A stretch of 64,000 bases of DNA from the human T2T-CHM13v2.0 reference genome, Homo sapiens. Position numbers and translations under genes: made by a program. This document shows, piece after piece, positions 1 to 15,250 of the stretch (position 1 is its first letter; each line of letters begins with the position of its first letter). The stretch lies in the NCBI RefSeq assembly GCF_009914755.1, contig NC_060929.1. One strand, written 5' to 3'. The notes under the pieces were generated by a model that was not told where the DNA came from, did no database searches, and saw only the letters and a list, made by a program, of their open reading frames with translations.

Positions 1-2800
1 CCTTTTCTTTCTCTCTTCTCCTTCTGCTCTTCCCACTATGTGTGTGCTAGTGCTCCTTTAATGAGTCCTCCATTTCTCTGAGATTCTATTCATTTGTCTT
101 TATTCTATTTTTCTCTATTCTTTAGACTGCATAGCTGTCAATACTAATATGTACGTACAATTTTGTTTCTTTTCATATCTCATACATTTTTGTTAAAACT
201 TGGACATCTTAGGTAATGTAGCAACTGTAGACACTGATTTGCTTCCTTCTCTTTGGGGCTGGTTTCAATTCTTGTTTTCTTGTTTATTTGTTTTATTAAT
301 TCATTAGACTAATGTAGTAAAGTCTAGATCCCCCACAATGTGAAGCCTTTGGTGTTGCTACTCAGAAGGTGCAGTCTTGGGGTTTTGCACAAGCTAAGAC
401 AGTGGTTTTCATGGGTCTTTCTTCTACTGTTTTATTGCTTGCTCTATGTCTTTTTTTAAGGTGTCTGACTCATGTGGTATTATGCCCAGTACTCATTCTC
501 CACTAATTACAGGCTGATTATTTCATTGTTTTTGATAATGTCCTGGAATATAAATTGCTTGGTAGTTTGATCCAATTAAATTCTGGCAGAGGTAGTTTTT
601 GAGGCCAGTCTTTGAGCTTTGCTTTTCTTAGTTTTCCTTGTTTCTCCTGGTGAACTGGCTGGTCTACGATTAAGCTTATTGCTCTTAGTTAAGAGAATCT
701 GTTGTTATCAACAGTACCCTTTAGCCTAACTTTCCTCATGCCATTTCAAATAAAATCAGTTCCTTTGGGGCACTCTATTTTTTTATGGACTGCTTTTTCC
801 CCTGATAAAATTATCTAAGCCACTACTCTGGGCACTGGTGGAAGCCTCTGGTCTTCTTGACTTGTATTCCTTGCATGCAGCTTCTGCTCTACAAAGGAGG
901 TGGGTGAGGGTGATCAGGTCCCCAGGATTTCTTGGTATGCAATTCTTAGGGTAGAGCTTCTGTCTTATGGGTTGGGGGCCTGGGAGGAGGAAGGGAGTCT
1001 TCATCCTCTTATCTGCCCTGAGCAACTCAACGTGCAGCTGACTGAGGTGAGAAATACTGTCTGCCTGGCCCTCCCAGTGCGATAGGATAATCTTTGATTA
1101 AGAACTGAGAGGAGATGGAGCTCTTTCTTCTTAGCCATACCTGCCCAGAGTGGGGTTTCATAGAAACTGATATGGGGCAAGTCAGATAGGGGGATATGGA
1201 GAAAGTGCATTGTGGCTAAAAAATGGGAACATATTTAAAATCTATAAAATTACAGTTTTATAGATTTTATTGGATAAATGTTTCTTGATTTGCCATAAGC
1301 TCGTAGGACAATTTCCTGATAATTTAAATACTTTTTAAAAATAGTTTTTGCCAACTTCACTTGTTTAGCTGGGGAGCAGTCTACAGCACTCCTCATGCTC
1401 CCATCCCAGGAGTGGAACTCCCAGAAGTACAGTTTTTGCAGGTATCATATAGCTGGGTCATGTCTTTTTATCCAATCTTATAATTTCCGCCTTTTGAATG
1501 GGCTTTTAATAGTATTTATATTTAACATGACTAGTGATATGATTGAGTTTTAATTTATTATATTTTTATTTATTTTCTATTTGTCCCATATGTTCTTTGT
1601 TTTTTCTTTCCTTGTTTTCTGTCTTATTTTGCATTAAGTATCTTCTCTGATTTATTTTATCCTCTTTTTGGCTTATTTCAGTAAACCAATATTTTATTTA
1701 CTGACTATACTAAAATAATCACTCAACACAACAAACAGTTTTAGCACTATTGATTGTATATTTTAGTGATTGCTTTAATATTTATTGTGTTCATCTTTAG
1801 CTTATCATATTCTACCTCCAAGTAATATTGCAGTATTTTATGTATAGAAAATAAAACCTTAAAAGAATATACATTCATTTTTCCTCTCCTGGACTTTGTG
1901 CTATTGTTGTTATTCATTTTATATCTACATATGTTATTAAAACCCAAATGCATTGTTCCGATTTTTTATTTAAAGAGTCAATTCTTATCGAAGGGAAATT
2001 TAAATACTTGAAAAAGTCTTTATATATATCCAGTTACCATTTCTGTTGATGTCATTTTTTTATGTTGATTTAGATTTCAATTTCACATTTTCTTCTGTTT
2101 AAAGGACTTTTTAAAATATTTCTTACAGTGCAGATCTGTAATGAAGAGCTTTTTACAAATATTATATATCTGAAAAAGTCATTCTTTCACCTTCATCTTT
2201 GAAAGATATTTTGACTGGTTAAAAAAATTACAGGCCAAATTTCACCTCCTTTCCCTGCCCTGTACTTAAAGATGTTCCAGTGTCTTTTGTTTCTGACCAG
2301 AAATATGTTACAATCCTTATCTTTGTTTTTCTATATGTAGTGTGTCTTTTGCTATCGCTATTTTTAAGATTTTTCTCTTTATCACTGGTTTTAAGCAATT
2401 TGAAGATGATGAGTTTCAGTGTAGTTTTCTTTTCGTTTTTAATGTACTTGGGATTAGCTAAGCATTTTAGCCTAGTGCTTTATAAGTTTCATCACGTTTA
2501 GAAAAATTTCAGCCATTATTACTTTACTTATTTTTTCCACCCTTTAACTTTCTATGCATTGTTTGAGAGATTCCAGTTACATGCATATTTATCTCCTTGA
2601 AGTTGCAGCCTGGAAACTTTTTTCAGGCAATAAGTGAGGGGAATATAGAGCTTATCTCCACTTTTCATAATCTTTTACAATTCACTGTTCTTTTTGACCT
2701 GAATTCTGATGTCTTAAGTGCCATTACTTCATACATTTTGTCTATAATTTTGTCATTTCATATGGAGTAAATCCAGTCCCTGTTACATCATCTTTATCAG
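1..2800 (-). mobile_element. Ancient L1M LINE-1 relics (5' region/ORF1/ORF2 start), heavily degraded
   Basis: T-rich strand with L1M-like motifs, e.g. ctgggtcatgtctttttatccaatct (~1453) and ttcaccttcatctttgaaagatattttgactgg (~2187); probably several fragments; boundaries approximate. Confidence 0.65.
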
Positions 2801-2959
2801 AAACAAGCCTCTCTAGAATGTCTCTTAATTTTTAATGAGAAAAATGTTTTGGATAGTTTCATGAGCCCCAAAGTTAGTTCTCTGTTTGAAGGCCAATATG
2901 TGTGAGTCAAAATAATAACATTGTTGCTTGGTGACTGTGAATGCAGATCAAAGGGAAAT

Positions 2960-3600
2960 CTCTATGTTTTAAATGTACAAAAACTAAAGACTTTGGACAA
3001 TTTCAACATTATATTATGCAAAGAAAGGGAAATAGGAAACAAAGGAGGAAAAATATGACACTTAACTTGTGTATATAATTAGGGGAAACATCTGATTAAT
3101 AGTCCCAACTAAAGAATTTGGAAGTGATTTCTTTTTCACAATACATAGGTACACTATCAGGATAAGGGACAAGGGACACATACAACATTGTACATATATT
3201 TGTATGATAAAATTCCATAAAATAGTGAAAATGAATGAAGCATATGTAGACATATAAATATGGATGATCGATATTTTCAGAAATAAGTCTTTGAGTAGAC
3301 AAAATACACAAGGCAGAATCAACAAGACCTAGAAATAGTGCAATGGTATAAAACATTTATTGCAATGAGGAGAGTGACATTTCACAGATCAAAATTTCTG
3401 ACATAGTAGACAAATAAGAGATGGGTTATGCCTGTGGATCCTGAATTTGCCATAACTAATGATGGAACTAGAACGAAAGATTTAGATAGTTTACCAAATA
3501 AAGACATCTTCAATAAATTGGGGGAGTTAGATGGAAGTAATGGCATTTTGAGTGACATAGGCTTATTACAGATGCTTCAGAGATCTATACGTTTTTTGAA
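2960..3600 (+). mobile_element. Possible L3/CR1 LINE endonuclease-domain relic
   Basis: Degenerate segments resembling CR1 APE motifs in the expected order; ORF 3428-3637 peptide GTRTKDLDSLPNKD...LGELDGS resembles TRG-LDL-LTN---LG-SDH; recognised by eye only. Confidence 0.3.
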
Positions 3601-4033
3601 AGAAAAAGGTAGACTATGTTGTAAAAGCTATAAGTAGAGGGATGAGGATGAAGGTTTGGTGGGTGACATAGGTAGGACTCAGGGGACCTGAGAGCACCAG
3701 AGGGAAATGAAATAGAGTCAGATTAGCAAAGAGGTAGACTAATTGAGATTACAATCCCCAACTCCATCTCCAAAGCACACACCCTTATTATGCAGAACTC
3801 ATCAACTCTAATCAGCAGATTTCAGCAGAGGATAACAGCACAAATTCTCAACAATAAGCAGGATCAGTGGTATTTTAGCAGGTGCCAGCATCTGTACTCA
3901 GGGACTGAATCAAATACCAAAACTCTAGAAACCACAGAAGGACCAGAAGTCATATCAGAAAATATCTTTAATATTTTCTATGAGGGAGGATGCACCTGAT
4001 AGGTATCTTCCAGAGAAAAATATCAAAGATAGG

Positions 4034-4440
4034 TGTATTAGGCCATTCTTGCATTGCTATAAAGAAATACCTGATACTGGGTAATTCATAAAGAAAAGAG
4101 TTTTAATTGACTCATAGTTCTGCAGGCTGTACAAGCATAGTGCTGGCATTTGCTTGGCTTCTGGGGAAAGCCTCAGGGAGATTATACTCATGTTGGAAGG
4201 TAAAGCAGGATGAAGCCATTCACACGGTGAAAGTAGAAGCAAGAGAAAGGTGGAGGGAAGTGCCACACACTTTTAAACAACCAGATTTCACAATAACTCC
4301 CTCACTATCATGAGGACAGCACGAGGCTGTGAGGGATCAGTACCCATGACCAAAATACCTCCCACTAGGCCTGCCTCCAACATTAGGGATTAGAATTCAA
4401 CATGAGATTTGGTGGGGAGCATCTATTCAAACTGTATTAG
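4034..4440 (-). mobile_element. MSTA-like ERVL-MaLR solo LTR
   Basis: Begins tgtattaggccattcttgcattgctataaagaaatacctg and ends caacatgagatttggtgggg...caaactgtatta, the reverse complement of MST LTR termini; about 400 bp. Confidence 0.88.
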
Positions 4441-4643
4441 TATTAAACATTTACACTATTTGACACTGAGAGACTTGGTTTCTTAATTAGAAGAAATTGT
4501 CTCAGCTTCATACTTCTCCTGTCTATACTCCCTTCCCCAAACAGTACAATAGATTTTGATGACATTCAAATTCATTTGAGAAAATTTAGAAACTATATGT
4601 AAAACATTGCAAATATATGTTAATTATTTATCCCACACAAGTT

Positions 4644-4670
4644 ACACACACACAGATACACACACACACA
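4644..4670. repeat. Interrupted (CA)n microsatellite
   Basis: acacacacacagatacacacacacaca. Confidence 0.8.
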
Positions 4671-5119
4671 GAAAAATATGGTATTTCTCTCCCTTTTTCC
4701 CCACGTTCTTTTATTCATCATTGTATTCTAGCTACTTAAACAGTTTCTGGTTCATGCAGATATATATTTGTTAATTAAATGAATATACACATGAACTTAA
4801 TATATAATAAAAGAAAATCTCAAAACAAAATAAGGAGTGATGATGACAAAATAATAAGGGATTTCGCTTAATTCTATACTGATATATTTCTGTATCTGGA
4901 TGATTTTCTGGGAAAATAAAATTTTCTGGGAAAATAAAAGTTTTCAAAATTTATAGCAAAAAAGACTTAAAACTCAAAAAGGGAAATTATATAAGATTGG
5001 AGACAACACTTTCAAAGAGCTACTCCCACCCCAAAAGCATCACACCAAGATATTCCTACAGATTTATTCTACCAAAACTTAAAGTAACATATATTTTCTT
5101 CACTATTTAAAATCTTCCA

Positions 5120-7830
<2,711 letters not shown>

Positions 7831-8169
7831 AAAATCTTCCAAATAGACTTAAAGTAAATAGTACTTCAAATTTCTTTGACAAAGTCTGCAAAGCCTTGAT
7901 AAGAAAACCCAAAAAATAGCACAGAAAATAATATAATGGAATAATAAATGTCAATTAAAATAGCCTTAATAAAGTATTAGCAAATAGAATACAGAAGCAT
8001 GTTAAAAATATACTAAAACACAGCCATCTGGGATCCACAGCAGAAATACAAAGATGGTTTAAGAGTAGAAATTCCATTAATATAATTTAACATATGAAGA
8101 TGAATCATGTTATCATTTTTCATAGATGCTAAAAATTCAGCATCAATTATTAATTAAAATTATTCTTTA

Positions 8170-8271
8170 TTTGTTCTTTACTTTTTATTTATATAAACTT
8201 AAGGGATATAAGTACAGTTTTGTTAAATGGCTATATTGTGTAGTGGTGAAGTCTGGGCTTTTTAGTGTATC
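8170..8271 (-). mobile_element. Short L1PB/L1MA-type 3'-end fragment
   Basis: T-rich tail then gtacagttttgttaaatggctatattgtgtagtggtgaagtctgggctttttagtgtatc. Confidence 0.65.
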
Positions 8272-10084
8272 TGTTCTTAAAAAAGTAATAGTAAGTTGAT
8301 AGCATGTAAAACATGTACATCTCAACCCAAAACTCAGAATTATGACTGATACGGTAATACAAGAAACATTTCTATTAAGTCAAGTACAAGACATAGCTAT
8401 CCAAATTACTGCTATTTAACATTTTTCTGGGAGGACTAGTCAAAGCAATTGAAAAAGAGGAAAAAATTGATGTTAAATGTTCATAGTTCATAAATGGAAA
8501 AAACAAAACTAATACACTTGGCTGGGATTTCTAGAAAAGATTATTTTTACTCTGGTTCAAATGGTTGTGTAATCTGAAGAAGTTACTTATTTGCAACTAA
8601 TTTTTTTTCATATAATGAGGTGGCTGAAAGAGGAAGTAGTGGCATACATTTCTGAAATGACAGAATTTTTTTTATAAGTAGCCAATGAATTTCTCTATCA
8701 GCCTTCCTCTTACCCTCTTACTCTATTTGAAAACCATGGCTTAAATAATACATGGTATTTCCACTGGCTTTATATTATTTTTTTCTGTTTTATATTTGTA
8801 TCTTAATAAAAAATGGATCTCAAATGGTTGTTTGGTGGTGCTAGTTGGAGAATTCAGCTATTATTTGATATTAGTCTTAAGACATTTTCTTGTCGATTTG
8901 TAGAGGGAAATTTCCATTTAAGGGCACATTCTCAGAAGGGATAAAACATGGAGTAGTGGTGAAAGGAGAAAATCGCCTGACCAGCTAGACGGGCTTATTT
9001 AATCTAATGGCAATAAATAACACAATCTATTTTTAAAAAAGAAATTTTAAGGACCACTCTCCAAATTTGAAGAGACTTAGGAAAATGATATTTTTAGCAG
9101 TTTAGAAAAATGATGATTTTTTTCAATATAATCTATTTAATATCTTGCCAACTTTTCATTTGAAAAGTCATATTTTTAATTTAGTGAATTTGAGAGTTGG
9201 TTTTCTCAAAACCTATATAAATTGCTTTATGAATGTGAAAGAAAAAATAGATAAACTAAGACTTGTTGAACTTTAGGGAAGAAGATTAATTATTTTTCAC
9301 TTTCAATTTAAGAGAAACAGCTCATTTGTTGCTTTGTTTTGCTTCTAGAATGTAATTTATCTTGTGCCAAAGAGAGGCAAGAATGAATCCAAATTAGACA
9401 ATGAATGTAGAAAACATGTTTTTTTACTCAAATACCACTAAAATGATGGCATGAATAAAAAAATATTAAAAAACATGTAAGGCAAAAGAAAATAGTCAAG
9501 AGTGAGAGGACAGAAAATAGCGTGTAATAAAGATCAACATAATATTTTAAAGTATATGTAAAATGGACAAGTGGCAACTCACTAAGACTAGAAAAATCTG
9601 AATTTTAGTTCTGATTTCATGCTGAGGATCAATCAACAAATAATTTGATTTATTCCAAGGATTTGGGGATTGGCAGCAGCTGCATTTGGGATATGATGGT
9701 GATGGGCAAAAGCAGGAAGAATGTTGAAAGTTGGTAACACAAAGCAATTAAGCCACTTACTCTACCTGCACTCCAAACCACCAGCAGAAGACTCCCTCCT
9801 CAACTCCAGCAGATGTCTGGATGTTTATTTTTCTGGGAGGACAAACTCGAAGGACTCTGGGTTCAGGAACAATGGGCACGTTTGAACATGGTGGATCTGT
9901 ACTCAACTCCTAGGTTTATATCTCCTAGAGTATAGACTGGAAGGTTCCTCAGGGGAAACTGGAAGAACCAAGAGGAGAGCTATTTAAATATTGTTCTCTC
10001 TTCAGTAATCCTACACACTGAGGCTCTTCAGCTGATAAGCCCCTTCCCACTTAGAGTCATTTCCTTGATAACTACTAGCTAGTA

Positions 10085-10830
10085 GGCCTATGAAAAATTG
10101 CTCAACTTCATTAGTCCTGAAGGAAATGAAATTTAAAGCCACAGTGGTATATCACTACACGCTTGCCAGAATATGAAAATGAAAGCATCAAGGAGGAGAA
10201 AGGGAGGCACAGAATTCTCACATATTGCTGGTAGGTGTACAAATTGGTACAATTGCTTTGGAAAACTGATAGTACTCCTATACCTAAATGCCCTATGATC
10301 CACCCTGGATGAAAAGGCAGTGAAAATGAGGGCATATATTCACCAAAAGACATATACGGTAAAGTTTATAGCAGTTTGATTCATAATAGCCCAAGAAATA
10401 ACCTAAATGCCCAACAACAGTTCAATGGATGAAGAGGGCTGTATTCATATAATCAAATTGCTACACTATTATAAAGAAAACCATTCTGTTATTTGCAATA
10501 TTAATGATGAATCTCACAGATATATGGCTGAATGAAAAAAGTCAGGCACAGAAAAGTACATAACACATGATTCTATTTGTATGTTGTTCAAAAACAGGCA
10601 TAATTAATCTTTGATTATAGAGGTCAAATTATTGGTTACCTATGAAGATGTTGACTGAGAGAAGGCAGCAGGAAGTCTTTGAGGTGTTGGAAATATTTTT
10701 TATTTTGATTTGTATTATGGTACACAGTGTTTACATATGCAAACATTTATCAAGATATATAGTTAAGTTGTATGCAGTTCACTGCTTATAAACTGATTCG
10801 CCATAATAAGAAAAAGAGAGAAAATAAAAA
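10085..10830 (+). mobile_element. L1ME-type 3' end
   Basis: atgaaaaattgctcaacttcattagtc...ggaaatgaaatttaaagccaca ORF2 C-terminus, L1M 3'UTR motifs, A-rich end. Confidence 0.75.
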
Positions 10831-10857
10831 GTAAATTAGAGTATCCTTCCAGGAAAT

Positions 10858-11245
10858 TGTTACAGTTCTCGAGGCTGTTAACCAAGATTCTGACTGTCCC
10901 TCTTTCAGGGACCTAGTGTGACTGCACCTCCTCCCTTTTTTGCAGATCAGCATGGGCCTGTGACCTTCTGTGACTGATAAAATGTGAGTAAAAGTGATAT
11001 GAGTTCTTTCTGGGTGGAAGTTTTGAATAGCCAGAGTGTGGCTTGCCATGTTGCCTTTCCCCTACTTCAGTCCTGAGATCCTTCGGAGGGTGGAGACTCA
11101 GTTCCCCTAGCCTCTGAGTAAGAATGATGTGGAGCTGAGTACTTAGCTAGTCTCTTAGACTCATAGTATCAGTGAGAAATAAACATCTGCTGTATTAAAC
11201 TACTGATATTTGGGATGGTTTTCTACTGCAACACAATACAATTCA
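10858..11245 (+). mobile_element. MLT1 (MLT1I/J-like) MaLR solo LTR
   Basis: aatgtgagtaaaagtgat...tgggtggaagttttgaatagccag; gtgagaaataaacatctgctgtattaaactactgatatttggg end motif. Confidence 0.75.
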
Positions 11246-11779
11246 TTTTGATCAATTCTAGAGTCCAGCTTCCAAAAGGAGAGAAAGAAGACAAAAAGGA
11301 GTGAGAAAAATGTCAAAGAAATAAGGTAAAAACATTTCCCAGAAAGGAGTGGGGGAGGGGGAGGACTTTAATTTCGAGATTGAAAGACCCTCCCAGTGCT
11401 GAGTATAAGGAATGAATGGAACAAAACCCACATAACACATGTTATTGTGGCACTGTAGAATACTGAAGTTAAGAGATTATACTAAAAGCCCATAGACAGG
11501 GGTACAAACGGATCACAAAGAAAGAATTAAGAATCAGAACAGACTTGGACTTCCCGCAATAAACTTTGGAAGCTAGAAGACAATGAAATACCTTTTAAAA
11601 TTCTACAAAACATGTACAATCTGGTTTTAAATCCCAGCCAATCTTTCAATCAGATGTGAGTGTGAAAATAAAGACATTTTAAGAGAGGCAATGCTTCAAG
11701 AAATATATCTCTAGCTTACCTTTTCTCCCAAAGCTCTTTCAATATATGCTGCACTAAAATAATCTAGAAAGATGATATA

Positions 11780-12150
11780 GTATGGTGCACTATCTCACAA
11801 TATTGCCCACTCTCCTTTCTTAGCAACAGAATAACTGAAATAAAGACAAATTTCCTATCACGCTCCTTGAAGGTAGGCATGGCCATTTGAATAAGTTCCA
11901 CTTATGGAATTTGAGTGGAGGTAGTGAGTTTGATTTGCTTTTCTTCTTTCTTTTCTGTAGTGTACACATAATGGCTGAAGCTCCATCAGCCATCGTGTAT
12001 CACAACCTAGTGTCCCAGAAAATAAAAAGCAAGCATGGCAAAGCAATGCAATCTGAGGGTCCTTATTTCCTAACAACATAGTTTCCATTCCACTTCAGGA
12101 CCATTCTTTTGTCCATGATAAGTAGACTCGTATTTCATTTAATCCTTTGT
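11780..12150 (+). mobile_element. Old MLT1 (K/L-like) LTR fragment
   Basis: ctcctttcttagcaacagaa; ggcatggccatttgaataagttc; atggctgaagctccatcagccatc. Confidence 0.5.
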
Positions 12151-14361
12151 GTTGTTTTTCTGTTTTTCAGAGATGAGGGAAATTCTAACTCAAAGAAAGG
12201 GATTCTGTGAAAGGTGATCAAACACGGGAGAATGGCAGAGGAAATCCCCAGGAATGATAACAAAGGGAAATCTTAAGTTTTGAAGCAACAGTGTTCCAAA
12301 AGGGCTATATCTTATTTTTCTTATTATAGAAAGTCAATATATAATATCCAAAATTTAAAAATTGAGATTTAATAATATAAACTTGTTATTTGGGAATATA
12401 AGGTAAATATCAGGGGAAACATTGAAGAGAACCAAAATGAGTTTCCTCTGGGGAATGACAAGCAAGAGTGAAAAGGGGTGAGAATGGGTGGCATAGGATA
12501 ATGCTGTTTTCTATTATGAGCCTTGGTGAATTATTAGATCCATTAAACTCTGTAAATGTCTTTATTATTTGCTGTATTTGCTGTATTTATAGTGATAAAT
12601 GATATAAATAACTTTTTAAAAAAAACTGAATATTTGTAACCACGATTTGCATTTTCAACTGCATGTGAACCAGAATGGTAAGGAAATTCTATTATTTGTG
12701 CTAGTTGACTTACTGGAAGGTGGTTTAAAGAAATGGCATTCTTAAATTGAGAGACAAAGGTCAAAGACAAGCAGTGCCTTCGCTGTTAAAACGTATATCA
12801 TGAAGCACAAATCCTTAACGGCATACAGTGGCAGTCCATGGGGAGTGAGGAGCAGTGCCTTTGGTTTGTATCTGTGACTTATTGCTATGACATGACACTA
12901 TTACATTTTGGTTTTTAGCATTTTTAAAGAGGAAGTAATAGTTATGAGAGATGAAGAACTCAGAATTAAGTACTGTAGTTATACACAGAAGGGTAATTTG
13001 GTTTTGATGTATTGGCCTGGGCCTGTTAACTAATAATACCAAATTTTAAGTAGCATCTCACCGGTATGAAAAAAAGGTTGCATCATTATTAATGTCTAAA
13101 CTATAGTGTGTTTCACACAGGATTATGGTAAAGGTCAGGCCATGTTTCTCTGAATTAAAAGCTATTCTGAGCTATCGCATTCCTAATCAACTCAGACCTA
13201 AAGGTGCATAGCTCAGTTATAATGAGGCACAATAAATTTAAATAAACTGCAAGATACTGTATAGTGATTTATATGTGCACCGTGGTATCCTTTTAACTCA
13301 TTAGCAATGAATGATACTATGTGTTTGCGACTGTTTTTTTGCTGTATAACTATTTTTTAATCACAATATTTCTTAGGAAAAGTGCCTTATGCTCCCATTT
13401 TCTTTCTGTATGTGTAAAGTAAAAGGCAAAGGGTGCTCCTGGCATGTACTCAAACATGAGTCACAGCAGGAAGAAACTGTCAAATATCCATCCAAATAAA
13501 TTTCACAAATTAACAATTTGTAACTGGGCTCACATGTTTATGGTTTCACGGTATAGAATTGCCATGGGACTTGGGAAAAGAAATTGAAGGTTATGCGCAG
13601 GTTTCTGAATTATACTTCAGATTTATCCTTGTGGAGGAATTTTAAAAAATCTATTGAACACATTTGGGCATGTATTAAGAAACAAAAAGAAAACACTAAA
13701 ATTTAGCTAGAAAATATTCTGATTAACAAAGGAAAGGAGTTTTATTTACCATCTTTCATTCTCTTATGTTCACCCAATAATTTTTGTAAACAACATATCA
13801 CTATAGTTTGCTCATATGGCAAATTTACACAAAGCACGGAGATTTAATTTCATTTAGTAAAACTCTTTTAAAAAATTTCTAGATTGGGAACATCTCATGT
13901 ATGCAAGATCAAACATTAATTTAGAAAGGGAGTAATGTAATAGAATTGGTCAAATTCATTTTATGGATGACTCAAATAACATTCACTTTTTGTGGTGATC
14001 AGAGGAGACTGGCTTAACATCCTGAGACCTGTGCCTCCTGATGCTTAAGAAATGTATCCAGGTGTTACATTTGTTTTAAGTCCCACTCTTCATACTTGAA
14101 ATGGTCTCACTATTGCTGGAATTGAGTTTCTTTTAAGCAGGGCTTTGTATTGAAGCTGGATTTCTTTCCTGGGGCCCAGAAAGAAATTTCTTCCTCCAAA
14201 GCCCTGACCTGGGGATTTTCTCTGCCATTCTCTTTTGTTCAATCCCCTTTCATTGCTTTTGAGTTTTGTTATCAATTACATATGCTTCCCATTTTTTTTT
14301 TTTTGGTTGATGAGTTTTTACCTGATATAAACTTGGTCTTGGGCTTATTAATTCTATAGTA

Positions 14362-15250
14362 ATGTGACTGATGCTGCTAAATATTCCCCAATATTTACTT
14401 TTCTCTTCCTCCTTTTAGCAATGGAATGGAAGTTTTATCTAGCTAAGTGACCATTCAACTACTAACTAATTTCTCAGCCTCCTTTGATGTTAGGTTTTAT
14501 GGACTGAATTGTGTCCCCACAAAATTCACATGTTGAAGTCCTGATCCCCATTCCCTTAGAATGTGACTGTATTTGGAGATAGGGTCTTTAAAGAGGTAAT
14601 TAAGATTAAATGCGGTCATTAGCATGGGTCCTAATCCAATATAACTGGTGTTCTTATAAGGATACTAGGACACAGACACACACAGAGGAAAGACCATGTG
14701 AAGATGAAGGAAGAAGACAGACATCTATAGGCCAAGGAGAGAGGCTTCAGAAAAAATAAACCCTGCAAATACTTTTATATCAAACGTCTAGCCTCTAGAT
14801 TTGTGAGAAAATAAATTTCTATTATTGAAGTCACCCAGTCTGTGGTACTTTGCTGTGGAACTCTACAAACTGGTATACTAGGTGTGGCCATGACATTGAG
14901 TTTGCATTGACGAGGTATAAGCAGAAGTGATGTGTATAGATTCTAGGTCATTTTCTTAAAAGCTAAGTCAGAATATGCTAGGTTGTCTCTTTACTTTCTT
15001 ACAGGCTGGAACACAGATGTTGTGGGGGCTCAGCTTTGAGTTTTCAAATAAGGACAACACGTGGGGCAACAGGATGGAAGAAATCTGGGTCCCTGAATGA
15101 CTTCATGGAGAAGAGCCATTCAGCTAGCAGGACTACTTATATCTGGATTATTATGTAGGAGATACACAAACTTTTATCTTACTTAAGGTACTGAATTTTT
15201 TTGTGGGGGTGAAGGAGGGTCTTTGTTACTATAGCTTAACCTTTCCCCTA
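14362..15250 (+). mobile_element. MLT1J-like LTR interrupted by MLT1B
   Basis: ttctcagcctcctttgatgttagg | tgtggccatgac...aagcagaagtgatgtgt; ctgggtccctgaatgacttcatggag; end ctttgttactatagcttaacc. Confidence 0.75.
14495..14877 (+). mobile_element. MLT1B-like MaLR solo LTR
   Basis: ttatggactgaattgtgtccccacaaaattcacatgttgaagtcc start; gagaaaataaatttc...cacccagtctgtggtactttg end; 5-bp TSD ttagg (14490-14494)/ctagg (14878-14882). Confidence 0.88.

Larger units (their letters stand above)
9400..12610 (+). mobile_element. HAL1 (half-L1) relic, fragmented by L1ME and MLT1 insertions
   Basis: ORF1-like segment 11255-11770 (aagaatcagaacagacttggacttc...ggaagctagaagacaatg) and HAL1-type 3' region gaaagtcaatatataatatccaaaat...ggtaaatatcagg (~12329-12415). 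Confidence 0.6.
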
